A stretch of DNA of 34,143 nt from a virus (lineage: Duplodnaviria; Caudoviricetes), in IMG/VR virus record IMGVR_UViG_3300046779_001698, positions 1 through 34,143 of that record, one strand, 5' to 3'. The translations under genes and the position numbers were made by a program. Under the pieces are notes generated by a model. The model was given only the letters and a program-made list of their open reading frames with translations, searched no databases and had not been told where the DNA came from. This document shows positions 25,984 through 34,143 of the stretch, piece by piece; position 1 is the first letter of the stretch, and each line of letters opens with the position of its first letter.

Positions 25984-28689
25984 ATGAGCGTTACCCTGTC
26001 AGTAAATGCACAAAGCTACTTATCTCAGATAGGGATATCCCCACAAATTATTTTAGATATTGAAGGCATTGATTTAATATTTGGTGCCCAGCCAGTGCTA
26101 AAGACTCTTATTTGGGATGAAGAAGATCCAAGAGCTTTATGGGACAATGACCTATATTGGGACGGCGGGATTGAAGATTTAAGATCAAGAGATTACATAT
26201 CACTAGCTGAAACAACTAATAATATTACTCAGCAAATTGCTCCAGATAAAGGATCTACAAGCTCGATCTCAACAGTAAACATCTGCTTAATAGATAAAGA
26301 TGGAGAAGTATCAAAGGCATTTAGCTTTGATGAAGCTACCGAGATGCTTGGAAGAAAAGCTATATTCTCAATTGGCTTTGCCGAAGGTTTTTACCCTGAA
26401 GATGCTAATCCAGTCTTTCGTGGAGTGGTTGTTGATTTCTTCACAGAAGCAGGAAAGATTGTAATATCTCTAGCGTCACCAGAAACACTTAAAAGGCAAT
26501 TGCTTTTAGAAAAAGTTCAAGGCAAGGTTACTCAAAGGGTTAAATATAAGGAAATTGAAATTCAAGGATTGCAGATAACTCAAAGAATAGATGTTTCTGG
26601 AGTTATTAAAATCCAATATATTGCAGGAGCTTCGTTATCTGCATCATTTAACAGTGTGCTTAACAAGATAACTGTAACTTTTATTAGTGGCACAACTACG
26701 ACTAGTGATGTTGAAAAGATATTAAAAGACACTCCCGAAACGTACATAAAAGTTAGTTGTCAAGTTGTGGGTGATGGAGAGACGAGTACCGCAACGTTCC
26801 CAGAAACTAGCGTTCAAACTGATACTGTAATTAATGTTGATTCTTCATCTGGTATTATTTTAGGAGGGGATTCCCTGGAGTCTTATATCCTAATTGATGA
26901 TGAATTAATGAAAATAACATCAAAAACAGACACTACTATTACAGTAGAAAGAGGGTTGCTAAATAGCTTTATTGACTCTCATGATGTTGATTCTGATTTC
27001 AAAACTTTCTATAGATTACAAGGAAGACCAATTGATCTCGCATTAAAGATGATGCTATCTAATGATGGAAATGCCTATTTCACTTCTTTAGATACTCCAA
27101 AAAGCATAGAGTTTGTTTCAGTTACAGAGACAATAACAAATGGAATTATCTTTGATTATTACTCAATCCAGGAAAAAACAGGGCTGACTATTGGTGATTA
27201 TATCCAATTAGATTCTGCTCTTAATACTGGGACTTATACCATTAACGAGTTTGGCACTTTAGAAAATGGTGACTCGTACATTGTAGTTAATGAAACTTTA
27301 AACTTAGAGGCAGAATATACAGGAACTTTTAAATATAAATCAAAATGGAACACGCTTCCTTTTGGGCTTAATATGCTTACAAGTGAAGTGGATGTTGCTC
27401 AGTTTGAAAGCATTGATGCTTTCTTTGGATCTTCATTTGTTGATTTTGATCTGTATATAAAAGACTCTATTGATGATGCCAAAGAATTTATTGATAGGCA
27501 GTTATTCTTTCCTTCTGGGCTTTACTCAATTCCAAGGAAGGCAAGGTCATCTGTTAAATATGTAGCTCCTCCATTCTCGTCTGACATAGTTCCAGAACTT
27601 GATCTTGATACAGTTTTAAACGCTGACAAGATTAGACAGAGAAGATCAATTCATAAGTACTTATACAATACTTATGTTTGGAGATACGAACTTGATTCAA
27701 TCGAAGACAAATACCTAGCAGGAAAGATCATTGTTTCGGCTGATTCAATTAATCGAATGAATGTTGGTAAAAAGCAGCTAAAGATTGAGTCCGATGGATT
27801 AAGAGATACTTCAGAAACAAGGGTGATGATTGAAAACGTGGGAGCAAGACTTCTTGATCGATATCAATTTGCATCAACTTACTTTGAAGATATTGAAGTA
27901 AATTATAAGACCGGTTACACAATAGAAGTTGGTGACATTATCCCATTTGGCGGTAAAGAGCTTCAAGTAACTGATCTCCAAACAGGTGCCAGAGGATCGG
28001 ATCTTCAATTTTACGAGGTAATCAATAAGTCACTTAACGTAAAAAATGGAAGGATTAAGCTATCTTTAGTTTCAACTTCTTTCGATGTTGGGGCAAGATA
28101 TGCAGTCATTTCTTTAGCTTCTAATATTGGATCTGGATCAACTACATCTAGAATCAGAATTGAGCTTACAAATGACACTGATGAGTGGGCAAGAGAATCA
28201 GATAAATGGCTACAATATATTGGCCAGACTGTAACTGTTAGATCAGAGGATTACTCATTTGATCAAGAGGCAATTCTTGCCGGTGTAGATCCATCAGATA
28301 AGAACTTCTTATTGCTTGAAACTCCACTATCATCAGCTCCGCTTGCTGGATATATTATTGAGCCAAGCTATTACCAGGACTCTGATAAAGAGCTAAATGA
28401 TAAATTTAAACTTGAGTTTGCTCATTTAGTTTCACGAGTAACTATCACAATAGTGAATTCTACTAGCAGTTTTGAGGTGGATGATCCTACAAAGCTTCAA
28501 GTTGGATCTTATATTATTGTAAATTCCGATGATTTCACTAGAGATTCATTTGGTTCTAAGCATAAAATTGACTCAATTATTGGATCAACTGTAACATTGG
28601 ATAGTACATTGGATTTCTTGCCTTTAGTTGGTGATGTTGTGAATGCTTCTAACTTTGCTGACGGCGGTTATCCTTATTTAATCTTATAA
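25984..28689 (+). CDS. Tail tip hub / central tail protein
   Basis: 901 aa; IEVGDII OB-like motif, IDDELM..ITVERG module; SD AAAGG. Confidence 0.65.
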   Translation: MSVTLSVNAQSYLSQIGISPQIILDIEGIDLIFGAQPVLKTLIWDEEDPRALWDNDLYWDGGIEDLRSRDYISLAETTNNITQQIAPDKGSTSSISTVNICLIDKDGEVSKAFSFDEATEMLGRKAIFSIGFAEGFYPEDANPVFRGVVVDFFTEAGKIVISLASPETLKRQLLLEKVQGKVTQRVKYKEIEIQGLQITQRIDVSGVIKIQYIAGASLSASFNSVLNKITVTFISGTTTTSDVEKILKDTPETYIKVSCQVVGDGETSTATFPETSVQTDTVINVDSSSGIILGGDSLESYILIDDELMKITSKTDTTITVERGLLNSFIDSHDVDSDFKTFYRLQGRPIDLALKMMLSNDGNAYFTSLDTPKSIEFVSVTETITNGIIFDYYSIQEKTGLTIGDYIQLDSALNTGTYTINEFGTLENGDSYIVVNETLNLEAEYTGTFKYKSKWNTLPFGLNMLTSEVDVAQFESIDAFFGSSFVDFDLYIKDSIDDAKEFIDRQLFFPSGLYSIPRKARSSVKYVAPPFSSDIVPELDLDTVLNADKIRQRRSIHKYLYNTYVWRYELDSIEDKYLAGKIIVSADSINRMNVGKKQLKIESDGLRDTSETRVMIENVGARLLDRYQFASTYFEDIEVNYKTGYTIEVGDIIPFGGKELQVTDLQTGARGSDLQFYEVINKSLNVKNGRIKLSLVSTSFDVGARYAVISLASNIGSGSTTSRIRIELTNDTDEWARESDKWLQYIGQTVTVRSEDYSFDQEAILAGVDPSDKNFLLLETPLSSAPLAGYIIEPSYYQDSDKELNDKFKLEFAHLVSRVTITIVNSTSSFEVDDPTKLQVGSYIIVNSDDFTRDSFGSKHKIDSIIGSTVTLDSTLDFLPLVGDVVNASNFADGGYPYLIL

Positions 28690-28702
28690 TGAGAGGTTTA
28701 CC

Positions 28703-29251
28703 ATAGCTAAGACAGACGACGTAACATCAAGTAGAGAGATCCTTAAAGTCGGAGATATATCTTTTAAAAGACCTGTCTCGGAGGCAATCTTATCTCGCTT
28801 TGCTGCTACAAATAACTTCATTAATAAGTTTCAAGTTGATTACGTTTCATTCTTTTTAAATGGCCCTTACTCAGCAGCGAGTGGATTATTTGGAATGGAT
28901 GGAGCTTATACGATGTTTACTAAATCTGAAATTGTGGGCGTTCAAATATGGAACGCTATTGCAGGAACAAGTGGAACAACTGCTTTAGATATTAGATGGA
29001 TCAACCAATCTGGAGTCGGGCAAGGATCAATTTTTTCTACTACTCCAAAAGTGTCTTCGGCGGCAGCAAATGGAACTAGAGGCTTTAGAAATCTTGAAAC
29101 ATCAAACGACTTCACCATGACCGGAGTGACTCTCCCAGTATTGTCTAAAACAACTTTTGAAGAAGGTGAAACTCTTTATCTAGAAGTTGATTCGACAATG
29201 GTTGGTGCCCAGAATTGTGCTTTAACTTTATTTATTAGACCAAGGACTTAA
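28703..29251 (+). CDS. Minor tail protein, probable ATA start (track start 28895 is probably internal)
   Basis: Frame open from 28682 with no ATG/GTG/TTG before 28895; SD GAGAGG at 28691-28696 sits 6 nt before ATA. Confidence 0.6.
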   Translation: MAKTDDVTSSREILKVGDISFKRPVSEAILSRFAATNNFINKFQVDYVSFFLNGPYSAASGLFGMDGAYTMFTKSEIVGVQIWNAIAGTSGTTALDIRWINQSGVGQGSIFSTTPKVSSAAANGTRGFRNLETSNDFTMTGVTLPVLSKTTFEEGETLYLEVDSTMVGAQNCALTLFIRPRT

Positions 29252-29774
29252 AAAGATAATTTAAATGTGGCCACAAAATGCCATTTTTTATTTTTCTAAC
29301 ATGGTCTAGTTTTGTTTTTAGTTTTGGCTTGGCTGAATTTCTTGAGGGTAAATATATTGCTAGTTTATTTTTGTCGTAATGATTTATCATTGTAGCTAAA
29401 ACTAGAATGTTAATATCATCTAAAGCAGATGAACCGCATTTCTCTCCTAAGTTCTTCTTGGTTAAACCAGTTACCCATGCGTGTTTTGTATTGTTTTCAC
29501 GTGAACACCATTCTAAATTTTCAACATTATTGTTGTCTTTATTTCCATCTTTATGGTTAACAGTCTCAAGGTTGTCTGGGTTTGGTATATATATTTTAGC
29601 AACAAGTCGATGTAGCAGCATTTTTTTCATTTTATTATTAATGCGAATAGGTGCTCTATGGTACCGATCATTTTTAAATTTAGTTTTTAATATCTTTCCT
29701 TGGTTATTTTTTACAAATCCAGTGGTTGATATAAAATAACCAGTATTTTCAAACTCTAGCCATGCCTCATTCAT
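29235..29774 (-). CDS. Free-standing HNH homing endonuclease (I-HmuI/NUMOD4-like)
   Basis: LHRLVAKIYIPNPDNLETVNHKDGNKDNNNVENLEWCSRENN.KHA. Confidence 0.93.
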   Translation of the reverse strand: MNEAWLEFENTGYFISTTGFVKNNQGKILKTKFKNDRYHRAPIRINNKMKKMLLHRLVAKIYIPNPDNLETVNHKDGNKDNNNVENLEWCSRENNTKHAWVTGLTKKNLGEKCGSSALDDINILVLATMINHYDKNKLAIYLPSRNSAKPKLKTKLDHVRKIKNGILWPHLNYLFKSLV

Positions 29775-29851
29775 GGTGGACTTATAATATATTCAAAAAT
29801 AAAATTAAAGTAATATATGGCAATTTTGCTATACCAGAAAGGATAACGCAC

Positions 29852-30349
29852 TTGGCTACATACTACGGAAGTGAAACTCTTTACGACGTTGTTCACACTG
29901 TTGCGACTACTGCAACACTTGGGGAAAGCGATACATTAAATTTATATACAGTGCCAACTGGTTATTATGCACTGATTAAGTTTGCATATATTGAAAGAAA
30001 TGATGAAACTTCAAATGGATATTATGGAACAACCGAAGCTGTAATCAAACTAGTTGGTGATGATTGTGGTAATGATCCATTTTTTTCAAGGCCTATTGGT
30101 GTTGATTTAACATTAAACTCATCTGATGACGGCGTTGGTAACGAATCAGCAAGTTGGATTGTTCATAAGCAATGGTATAATTCTGGATCAATATCTTATG
30201 GATCAGTTGGGGCATCTAGAAGCTATTCTCCATTTAATATGTATGCAGGCCCGGGAGATATTATTCAAATTCAAACAAGCTCAAGCATCATTGGAAACTC
30301 ATCTGCATTTAGGTATGTATTAGATTACCACATATTTAAACAACCATGA
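29852..30349 (+). CDS. Minor tail/structural protein
   Basis: TTG 29852 after AAAGGA gives MATYYGSE..; LYTVPTGYYA motif. Confidence 0.6.
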   Translation: MATYYGSETLYDVVHTVATTATLGESDTLNLYTVPTGYYALIKFAYIERNDETSNGYYGTTEAVIKLVGDDCGNDPFFSRPIGVDLTLNSSDDGVGNESASWIVHKQWYNSGSISYGSVGASRSYSPFNMYAGPGDIIQIQTSSSIIGNSSAFRYVLDYHIFKQP

Positions 30350-30744
30350 TTTTAGTGCCATCATACCTCCACTTTAAAGAAGGCAAGGAAAAGGAACTTT
30401 ATCAAGAGTTTCAACAAATACAGCCTAAACTTCAATGCTTAATAGAGGAGATGGCTTTCTATGTTCATAATAAAGGTCATAAATTTATTATCACTGATCT
30501 ACTTAGTGATGCATTTGAAGACGCAAGGCTAGGGAGAGTTTCAACTTCTCACTCAGAAGGCAGAGCGGTTGATATTAGAACAAGAGATTTTCCTAGATCA
30601 TTTATAAAAGAATTTGAGAAATACTTTGAAACTAAATACGGACATTTAGGAGCAATATCAAAAAAGACTGGTAAACCCAACTTGGTTTATTGGCATGACA
30701 ACGGACATGGAGAGCATTTTCACGTCCAATTAAAAAGAGGTTAA
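30346..30744 (+). CDS. Endolysin, peptidase M15 (Zn DD/LD-peptidase fold)
   Basis: SHSEGRAVD (HxxxxxxD) and HFH (HxH) motifs. Confidence 0.8.
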   Translation: MILVPSYLHFKEGKEKELYQEFQQIQPKLQCLIEEMAFYVHNKGHKFIITDLLSDAFEDARLGRVSTSHSEGRAVDIRTRDFPRSFIKEFEKYFETKYGHLGAISKKTGKPNLVYWHDNGHGEHFHVQLKRG

Positions 30745-30745
30745 C

Positions 30746-30889
30746 ATGGAAGTCATCGTTGCACACAAAGCAGAAATCTTATTATTCTTATTTGCTCTAT
30801 CTGAGCTTCTGGCACTTATCCCAAGCTTAAAAGCTAATTCAGTTTTTCAACTAATTGCTCAAGCTTTAAAAAAGGCTGTTGGTAAGTAA
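30746..30889 (+). CDS. Holin-like membrane protein, 47 aa (absent from ORF track)
   Basis: SD GAGG; ILLFLFALSELLALIP..NSVFQLI, basic C-term; between lysin and spanins. Confidence 0.7.
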   Translation: MEVIVAHKAEILLFLFALSELLALIPSLKANSVFQLIAQALKKAVGK

Positions 30890-31122
30890 TGGGTTGGGCG
30901 GCGTTCATCGTATCATTAATAAAAACGATACCACTTCTTCATGACGTCTTTATGAAGGTGGTAGAGCTTTATTATATGCAGATGGACGCCAAAGACGAAG
31001 CTAATGCAAGTAAAGTGGGAATGGAAAGAGATAAAATAATCGCTGAATTAAGAAAAAAGGATATCACCGATGAGGAACGTAACAAGCTCCGTAAAGCTCT
31101 TTATTCTCTTTCTAGGCGTTAG
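30889..31122 (+). CDS. Inner-membrane spanin-like protein
   Basis: Hydrophobic N-term then charged helix; overlaps lipoprotein gene. Confidence 0.5.
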   Translation: MGWAAFIVSLIKTIPLLHDVFMKVVELYYMQMDAKDEANASKVGMERDKIIAELRKKDITDEERNKLRKALYSLSRR

Positions 31123-31324
31123 TTGTGTATCTCACCCAAATAGACCAGATAGTTCTCTCTGTCTTGCTAATTCCGATGGTTGGGTTTGTACTAATTCAGG
31201 CGGCGACTTTAGAGAGCAAGAGAGCAACCTTATCTGCACTGATCTTTCTGGCTATTCAGCTCTTGAGAGATATGTTGATCAATTAGAACTAAGGATCAGA
31301 AAACTTGAAAGGCGTTGCAAATAA
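31070..31324 (+). CDS. Outer-membrane spanin-like lipoprotein
   Basis: Signal peptide with lipobox LGVSC, extra Cys residues. Confidence 0.65.
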   Translation: MRNVTSSVKLFILFLGVSCVSHPNRPDSSLCLANSDGWVCTNSGGDFREQESNLICTDLSGYSALERYVDQLELRIRKLERRCK

Positions 31325-31496
31325 GAAAGAATTCCCAAAGAAAAGAGAGCTTGAAGATTGTTACCAAAATCTTTATCAAGCCGAGGCCAAGGGCGATAAA
31401 CATCAAATAATGATTTGGAAAGCAATAATTGCTAAACTAGAATCTAGAGATGATGTTAAAAATAAAAATAGAAGCCGATCCAATCCCCCTAAATAG
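31305..31496 (+). CDS. Hypothetical protein
   Basis: Fills the gap between spanin and resolvase; TTG start after AAGGA. Confidence 0.5.
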   Translation: MKGVANKKEFPKKRELEDCYQNLYQAEAKGDKHQIMIWKAIIAKLESRDDVKNKNRSRSNPPK

Positions 31497-31878
31497 AGCA
31501 TACCCAACTAACAGACAAGGAAGACGCTTTCTTTCTAAAGAGGGATCTGATTATAAAAAGCTTGTCTCAGCAGCTACAAGAAACGCATTTCTAGATCAAG
31601 GATTTAGATTTAATCCAGATAACCAATACATCACAACAGAGATCTTTTTCTACTCTCCAAAACTGTTTACTAAGCAAGGCAAAATCAACAGAAATAAGCC
31701 TGATACAAGTAACCTAATTAAACTTCTAGAGGACGCTATCTTTGAAACATTGGGGATCGATGATTGCTACAATTTGGACTTCTCAGGGATTACTTATAAT
31801 CACTCAGAAAAGTCAGTTATTGTAGTCATACTTAGAGTTGTTTCAATAAATGAAAAGTTAGCTTTGACGATGCCTTAA
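31450..31878 (+). CDS. rusA: RusA-like Holliday junction resolvase
   Basis: PIPLN..Y; KPDTSNLIKLLEDAI..GIDD. Confidence 0.85.
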   Translation: MMLKIKIEADPIPLNRAYPTNRQGRRFLSKEGSDYKKLVSAATRNAFLDQGFRFNPDNQYITTEIFFYSPKLFTKQGKINRNKPDTSNLIKLLEDAIFETLGIDDCYNLDFSGITYNHSEKSVIVVILRVVSINEKLALTMP

Positions 31879-31892
31879 CTTGGTTTCACAAT
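31864..31892 (+). promoter_or_regulatory. Putative sigma70 promoter with no downstream + strand gene
   Basis: TTGACG-17nt-CACAAT. Confidence 0.55.
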
Positions 31893-31898
31893 TAAAAA

Positions 31899-31960
31899 GA
31901 GATGCTCAATCTCGTCCTCCGGTTGGTCATTTATTCAAGGATGAATTTATGGCCAACTTC
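31899..31960 (+). ncRNA. Candidate small RNA or convergent-terminator structure
   Basis: GAGAT/ATCTC hairpin, TCCTCC linker, long hairpin 31922-31957 with AGGA loop. Confidence 0.4.
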
Positions 31961-32395
31961 CTAAAGAACGCCAATTGATTTTAGATATTTTACAAAGATA
32001 GATGATCCTAAATAAGGAAATGTTTTTAAGTTATACTCAGTGACTCTATTCCCGTTATGAGAAAATCCAGCGACATGACTTAACTCATGCCAGATATTTT
32101 CCACCCTATCTTGTAAGGGCAAATGAAGCTTTCTGGTATTTACAAAGATATCATCATCAATTGAGTATCCAATCACATTTGACCAAGGATTAAACGTCTT
32201 ATAAGAAAGGATCTTTACAACAGCATCTTTCAAATTCATTCCCATTATATCAAAGCACTGAGTCCCGATAAATGTAGTATGATTAAATCTAATGCCATCT
32301 AATAGCTTTCTAAATTCGGGATCAGCATAATGAGTCTCTACAATATGAGCAGCTCTTTTTACGATTGGATCATTTATTTCTACGAGGAACTTCAT
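31961..32395 (-). CDS. Zinc metalloprotease (metzincin-type motif)
   Basis: HELSHVAGFSH = HExxHxxGxxH. Confidence 0.8.
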   Translation of the reverse strand: MKFLVEINDPIVKRAAHIVETHYADPEFRKLLDGIRFNHTTFIGTQCFDIMGMNLKDAVVKILSYKTFNPWSNVIGYSIDDDIFVNTRKLHLPLQDRVENIWHELSHVAGFSHNGNRVTEYNLKTFPYLGSSIFVKYLKSIGVL

Positions 32396-32555
32396 AAATA
32401 CTTTCTCCCATTAGTGCGTCAAAACAGTGTTTAACATCTCTTTGATGCTTCATTATAATTACATCTGTCTTCATCATGCAAATCTCATGTCCAAGAAAGA
32501 TTCCTGCCAAAAAAAGCAATGCAGTCAAATACCAATAAATAAAGCTATCCTTCAT
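32370..32555 (-). CDS. Small membrane-anchored hypothetical protein
   Basis: N-term TM FIYWYLTALLFLAGIFLG; ATGA coupling. Confidence 0.6.
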   Translation of the reverse strand: MKDSFIYWYLTALLFLAGIFLGHEICMMKTDVIIMKHQRDVKHCFDALMGESIYEVPRRNK

Positions 32556-32824
32556 AAATCACCTATTTCTTTTAGTGCTTCTCTAGCTCTCATTCCCCAA
32601 TCATTATTTCCGCTTTCAATATCTGAATAAAACTCTAAAGCATTACGTAGTTTTTTGTTTTCTTCTCTTTCCTTCTCAAGTTTTTCATAGAGAGATAAAG
32701 CGTCTAGAGGAGTAGATTTGTTTCTCATATAATGACAAGCAAACTCCCAAGCGTCATAAATATCCGGTCTGTTTAATTGACTACTTCTCCACTTATCGAA
32801 AGCTTCTAAGTCTTTATCATTCAT
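32552..32824 (-). CDS. Hypothetical protein
   Basis: LRNALEFY..G.RAREAL pattern frequent in phage early genes. Confidence 0.7.
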   Translation of the reverse strand: MNDKDLEAFDKWRSSQLNRPDIYDAWEFACHYMRNKSTPLDALSLYEKLEKEREENKKLRNALEFYSDIESGNNDWGMRAREALKEIGDL

Positions 32825-32827
32825 AAA

Positions 32828-33028
32828 TCACCTAGACATAAAAAGATTACGATGAGTTTTCCATCCACCAGTGACACTTTCTTTCTTTAAAAATTTATAT
32901 TGCTCAAGATCTTTTGATTTTAAGAAGATTCTCTTTGTTCCTTCAAGCTTATACCACATTCCTGGGGTGACCTTATGAAGCTCAATCTTCTCGCCAGTCT
33001 CTTTGTGCTGATAGATTAATTTTTGCAT
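32828..33028 (-). CDS. Hypothetical protein
   Basis: TAATG coupling in leftward operon. Confidence 0.6.
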   Translation of the reverse strand: MQKLIYQHKETGEKIELHKVTPGMWYKLEGTKRIFLKSKDLEQYKFLKKESVTGGWKTHRNLFMSR

Positions 33029-33402
33029 TAAAATGGCCTTTTCACTACTAGACCAGGATCAAGCTCAACCAATTCTTTAGTAAGCCATCTCTTAAACATT
33101 GGAGTTTCTTTAGATTGACCAAACTCATCTACTGACTTAACAAAGCCAACATACTCATAAGTCTCGTTATCAACTTCAAAGAGATAAAAAGAACCTCTTT
33201 CAACAATTGATCCAACAGTTTTAGGTGGATTAGCTCGTTCCCATGTTGAAAGCATTTCAGCGACATACTTCTTAGGTAAGTGCTTAATTGATGCAACAAA
33301 GGCAATAACTTCTGGATCTTTTTCGTTAGCAAAGAAATACGCATAAGCTGCTTGAGCATCAAGGAATACTAAATTCTTATTAAGTAAAAAGATCTGATCC
33401 AT
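33028..33402 (-). CDS. Hypothetical protein downstream of ERF
   Basis: SD GGAGG; 124 aa. Confidence 0.7.
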   Translation of the reverse strand: MDQIFLLNKNLVFLDAQAAYAYFFANEKDPEVIAFVASIKHLPKKYVAEMLSTWERANPPKTVGSIVERGSFYLFEVDNETYEYVGFVKSVDEFGQSKETPMFKRWLTKELVELDPGLVVKRPF

Positions 33403-33403
33403 T

Positions 33404-33943
33404 TTATCCTCCGTTTTGCTTTATCCAAGCTGAAGCACTGTTAAAAGTTGATATTTTTGGCATCTCAATGCCTTTCTTTTTAGAGATTGCATATATAGCC
33501 TTTAGCTGCCCATCCGTTGCAGGCCCATCAATTTGCGGCTTTGATTCTTGTTTTTGCTCAAATCTTTGTGGAGGTCGAGAGACAGCATTGCCATCATCAT
33601 CTTCATCTGCACAAAGTCCTAGGATGCTTAAATAAGAAGTTCTTCTTAGATAGGTAATTGCACCTGTTAATTTTTGAGCATCTTGCAAGTCTGGTAAGTA
33701 AATAAAGCTTTCAAGCGTTTCACTAGACTCATGAAGTAATCTTGTTACAAGGGTATTTTGTCCGGCATCAACATTAAATGTCTGAGAAACTAGCAGTCCA
33801 TTCTTATTTAAAACAGGCAAGCAAGTATCAATTACAGTGCTAAGTTCGGCATAATAACTTTTATAGTGAGGATTAAGCTTGTTTTTTGGGATGACTGGGA
33901 CTTCTTTCTGAAACTTAATTAAGGCTGCAATTAGACTCTTCAT
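33404..33943 (-). CDS. erf: ERF-family single-strand annealing recombinase
   Basis: NPHYKSYYAEL, GAITYLRR..LGL..EDDDGN; SD AGGAG. Confidence 0.92.
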   Translation of the reverse strand: MKSLIAALIKFQKEVPVIPKNKLNPHYKSYYAELSTVIDTCLPVLNKNGLLVSQTFNVDAGQNTLVTRLLHESSETLESFIYLPDLQDAQKLTGAITYLRRTSYLSILGLCADEDDDGNAVSRPPQRFEQKQESKPQIDGPATDGQLKAIYAISKKKGIEMPKISTFNSASAWIKQNGG

Positions 33944-34104
33944 TTGATTCTCCTAAACTCTAATTTATCAAGGGCTACATCTAGAGGCTTTTTACTTGGT
34001 TTAATCCTGGGGCATTTACAATTTGTCTGAGCAACGACTTGCTCATCATCATAAAGAAGTGAGTATTCTTCTTTACAAATAGGGCATTGAATGATCTCTT
34101 CCAT
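33940..34104 (-). CDS. Small Zn-ribbon-like protein, 54 aa (absent from ORF track)
   Basis: MEEIIQCPICKEEY..NCKCPR; SD AAGGA; ATGA overlap with erf. Confidence 0.7.
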   Translation of the reverse strand: MEEIIQCPICKEEYSLLYDDEQVVAQTNCKCPRIKPSKKPLDVALDKLEFRRIK

Positions 34105-34143
34105 AAATTCCTTTATTTAATGAGATTGGTTTATATACTAAAT

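Larger units (their letters stand above)
1..34143. mobile_element. Tailed dsDNA phage (siphovirus-like), near-complete genome or prophage segment
   Basis: Ordered terminase-portal-scaffold-capsid-tail tube-chaperone-tape measure-fibre-lysis modules; no sheath gene recognised; no host housekeeping genes. Confidence 0.95.

Noticed and set aside
29235-29851. Group I intron housing the HNH gene
   Set aside because: Both flanking genes look complete with their own stop and start; the non-coding margin is too short for a ribozyme core
2278-33362. Shadow ORFs in the track (e.g. 2278-, 3654+, 4927-, 5903-, 10193-, 11041-, 11242-, 11479-, 11525+, 14544+, 15204+, 15903-, 17789-, 20501-, 23154-, 24114-, 24342-, 25349-, 29407+, 30126+, 32427+, 33129-)
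   Set aside because: They overlap well-supported genes, lack recognisable motifs, and are expected by-products of codon bias
1-34143. Terminal direct repeats, att sites, tRNA genes
   Set aside because: The ends share no sequence, and no cloverleaf or T-loop consensus was seen in the intergenic regions

Overview
The whole 34.1-kb window reads as a tailed dsDNA bacteriophage of siphovirus type, possibly a near-complete genome. It is AT-rich, and its spanin-like lysis genes imply a Gram-negative host. The + strand runs: replication initiator and helicase-loader-like genes, HNH, RNase H-fold exonuclease, HExxH peptidase, XRE regulator, terminase small/large, portal, two morphogenesis proteins, scaffold, major capsid, a ~5-kb block of fibre/adhesin-like genes, head-tail genes, tail tube, a -1 frameshifted tail chaperone, tape measure, Dit-like, large fibre, hub-like protein, lysis cassette and RusA-like resolvase. 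A leftward early operon (ERF recombinase, small genes, metzincin protease) converges on this. No integrase, CI-type switch, polymerase, tRNA, CRISPR array or reverse transcriptase is visible. The most unusual signals are at RNA level: (i) paired CC-AGT-GG hairpins with identical 22-nt spacing at the terminase-operon leader and the scaffold gene start; (ii) two candidate small RNAs carrying anti-Shine-Dalgarno sequences; (iii) CsrA-consensus AGGA-loop hairpins; (iv) a structured leader before the initiator; (v) a tail gene that appears to start at ATA behind a 5-codon mini-ORF. All calls come from motif recognition by eye; no searches were run.
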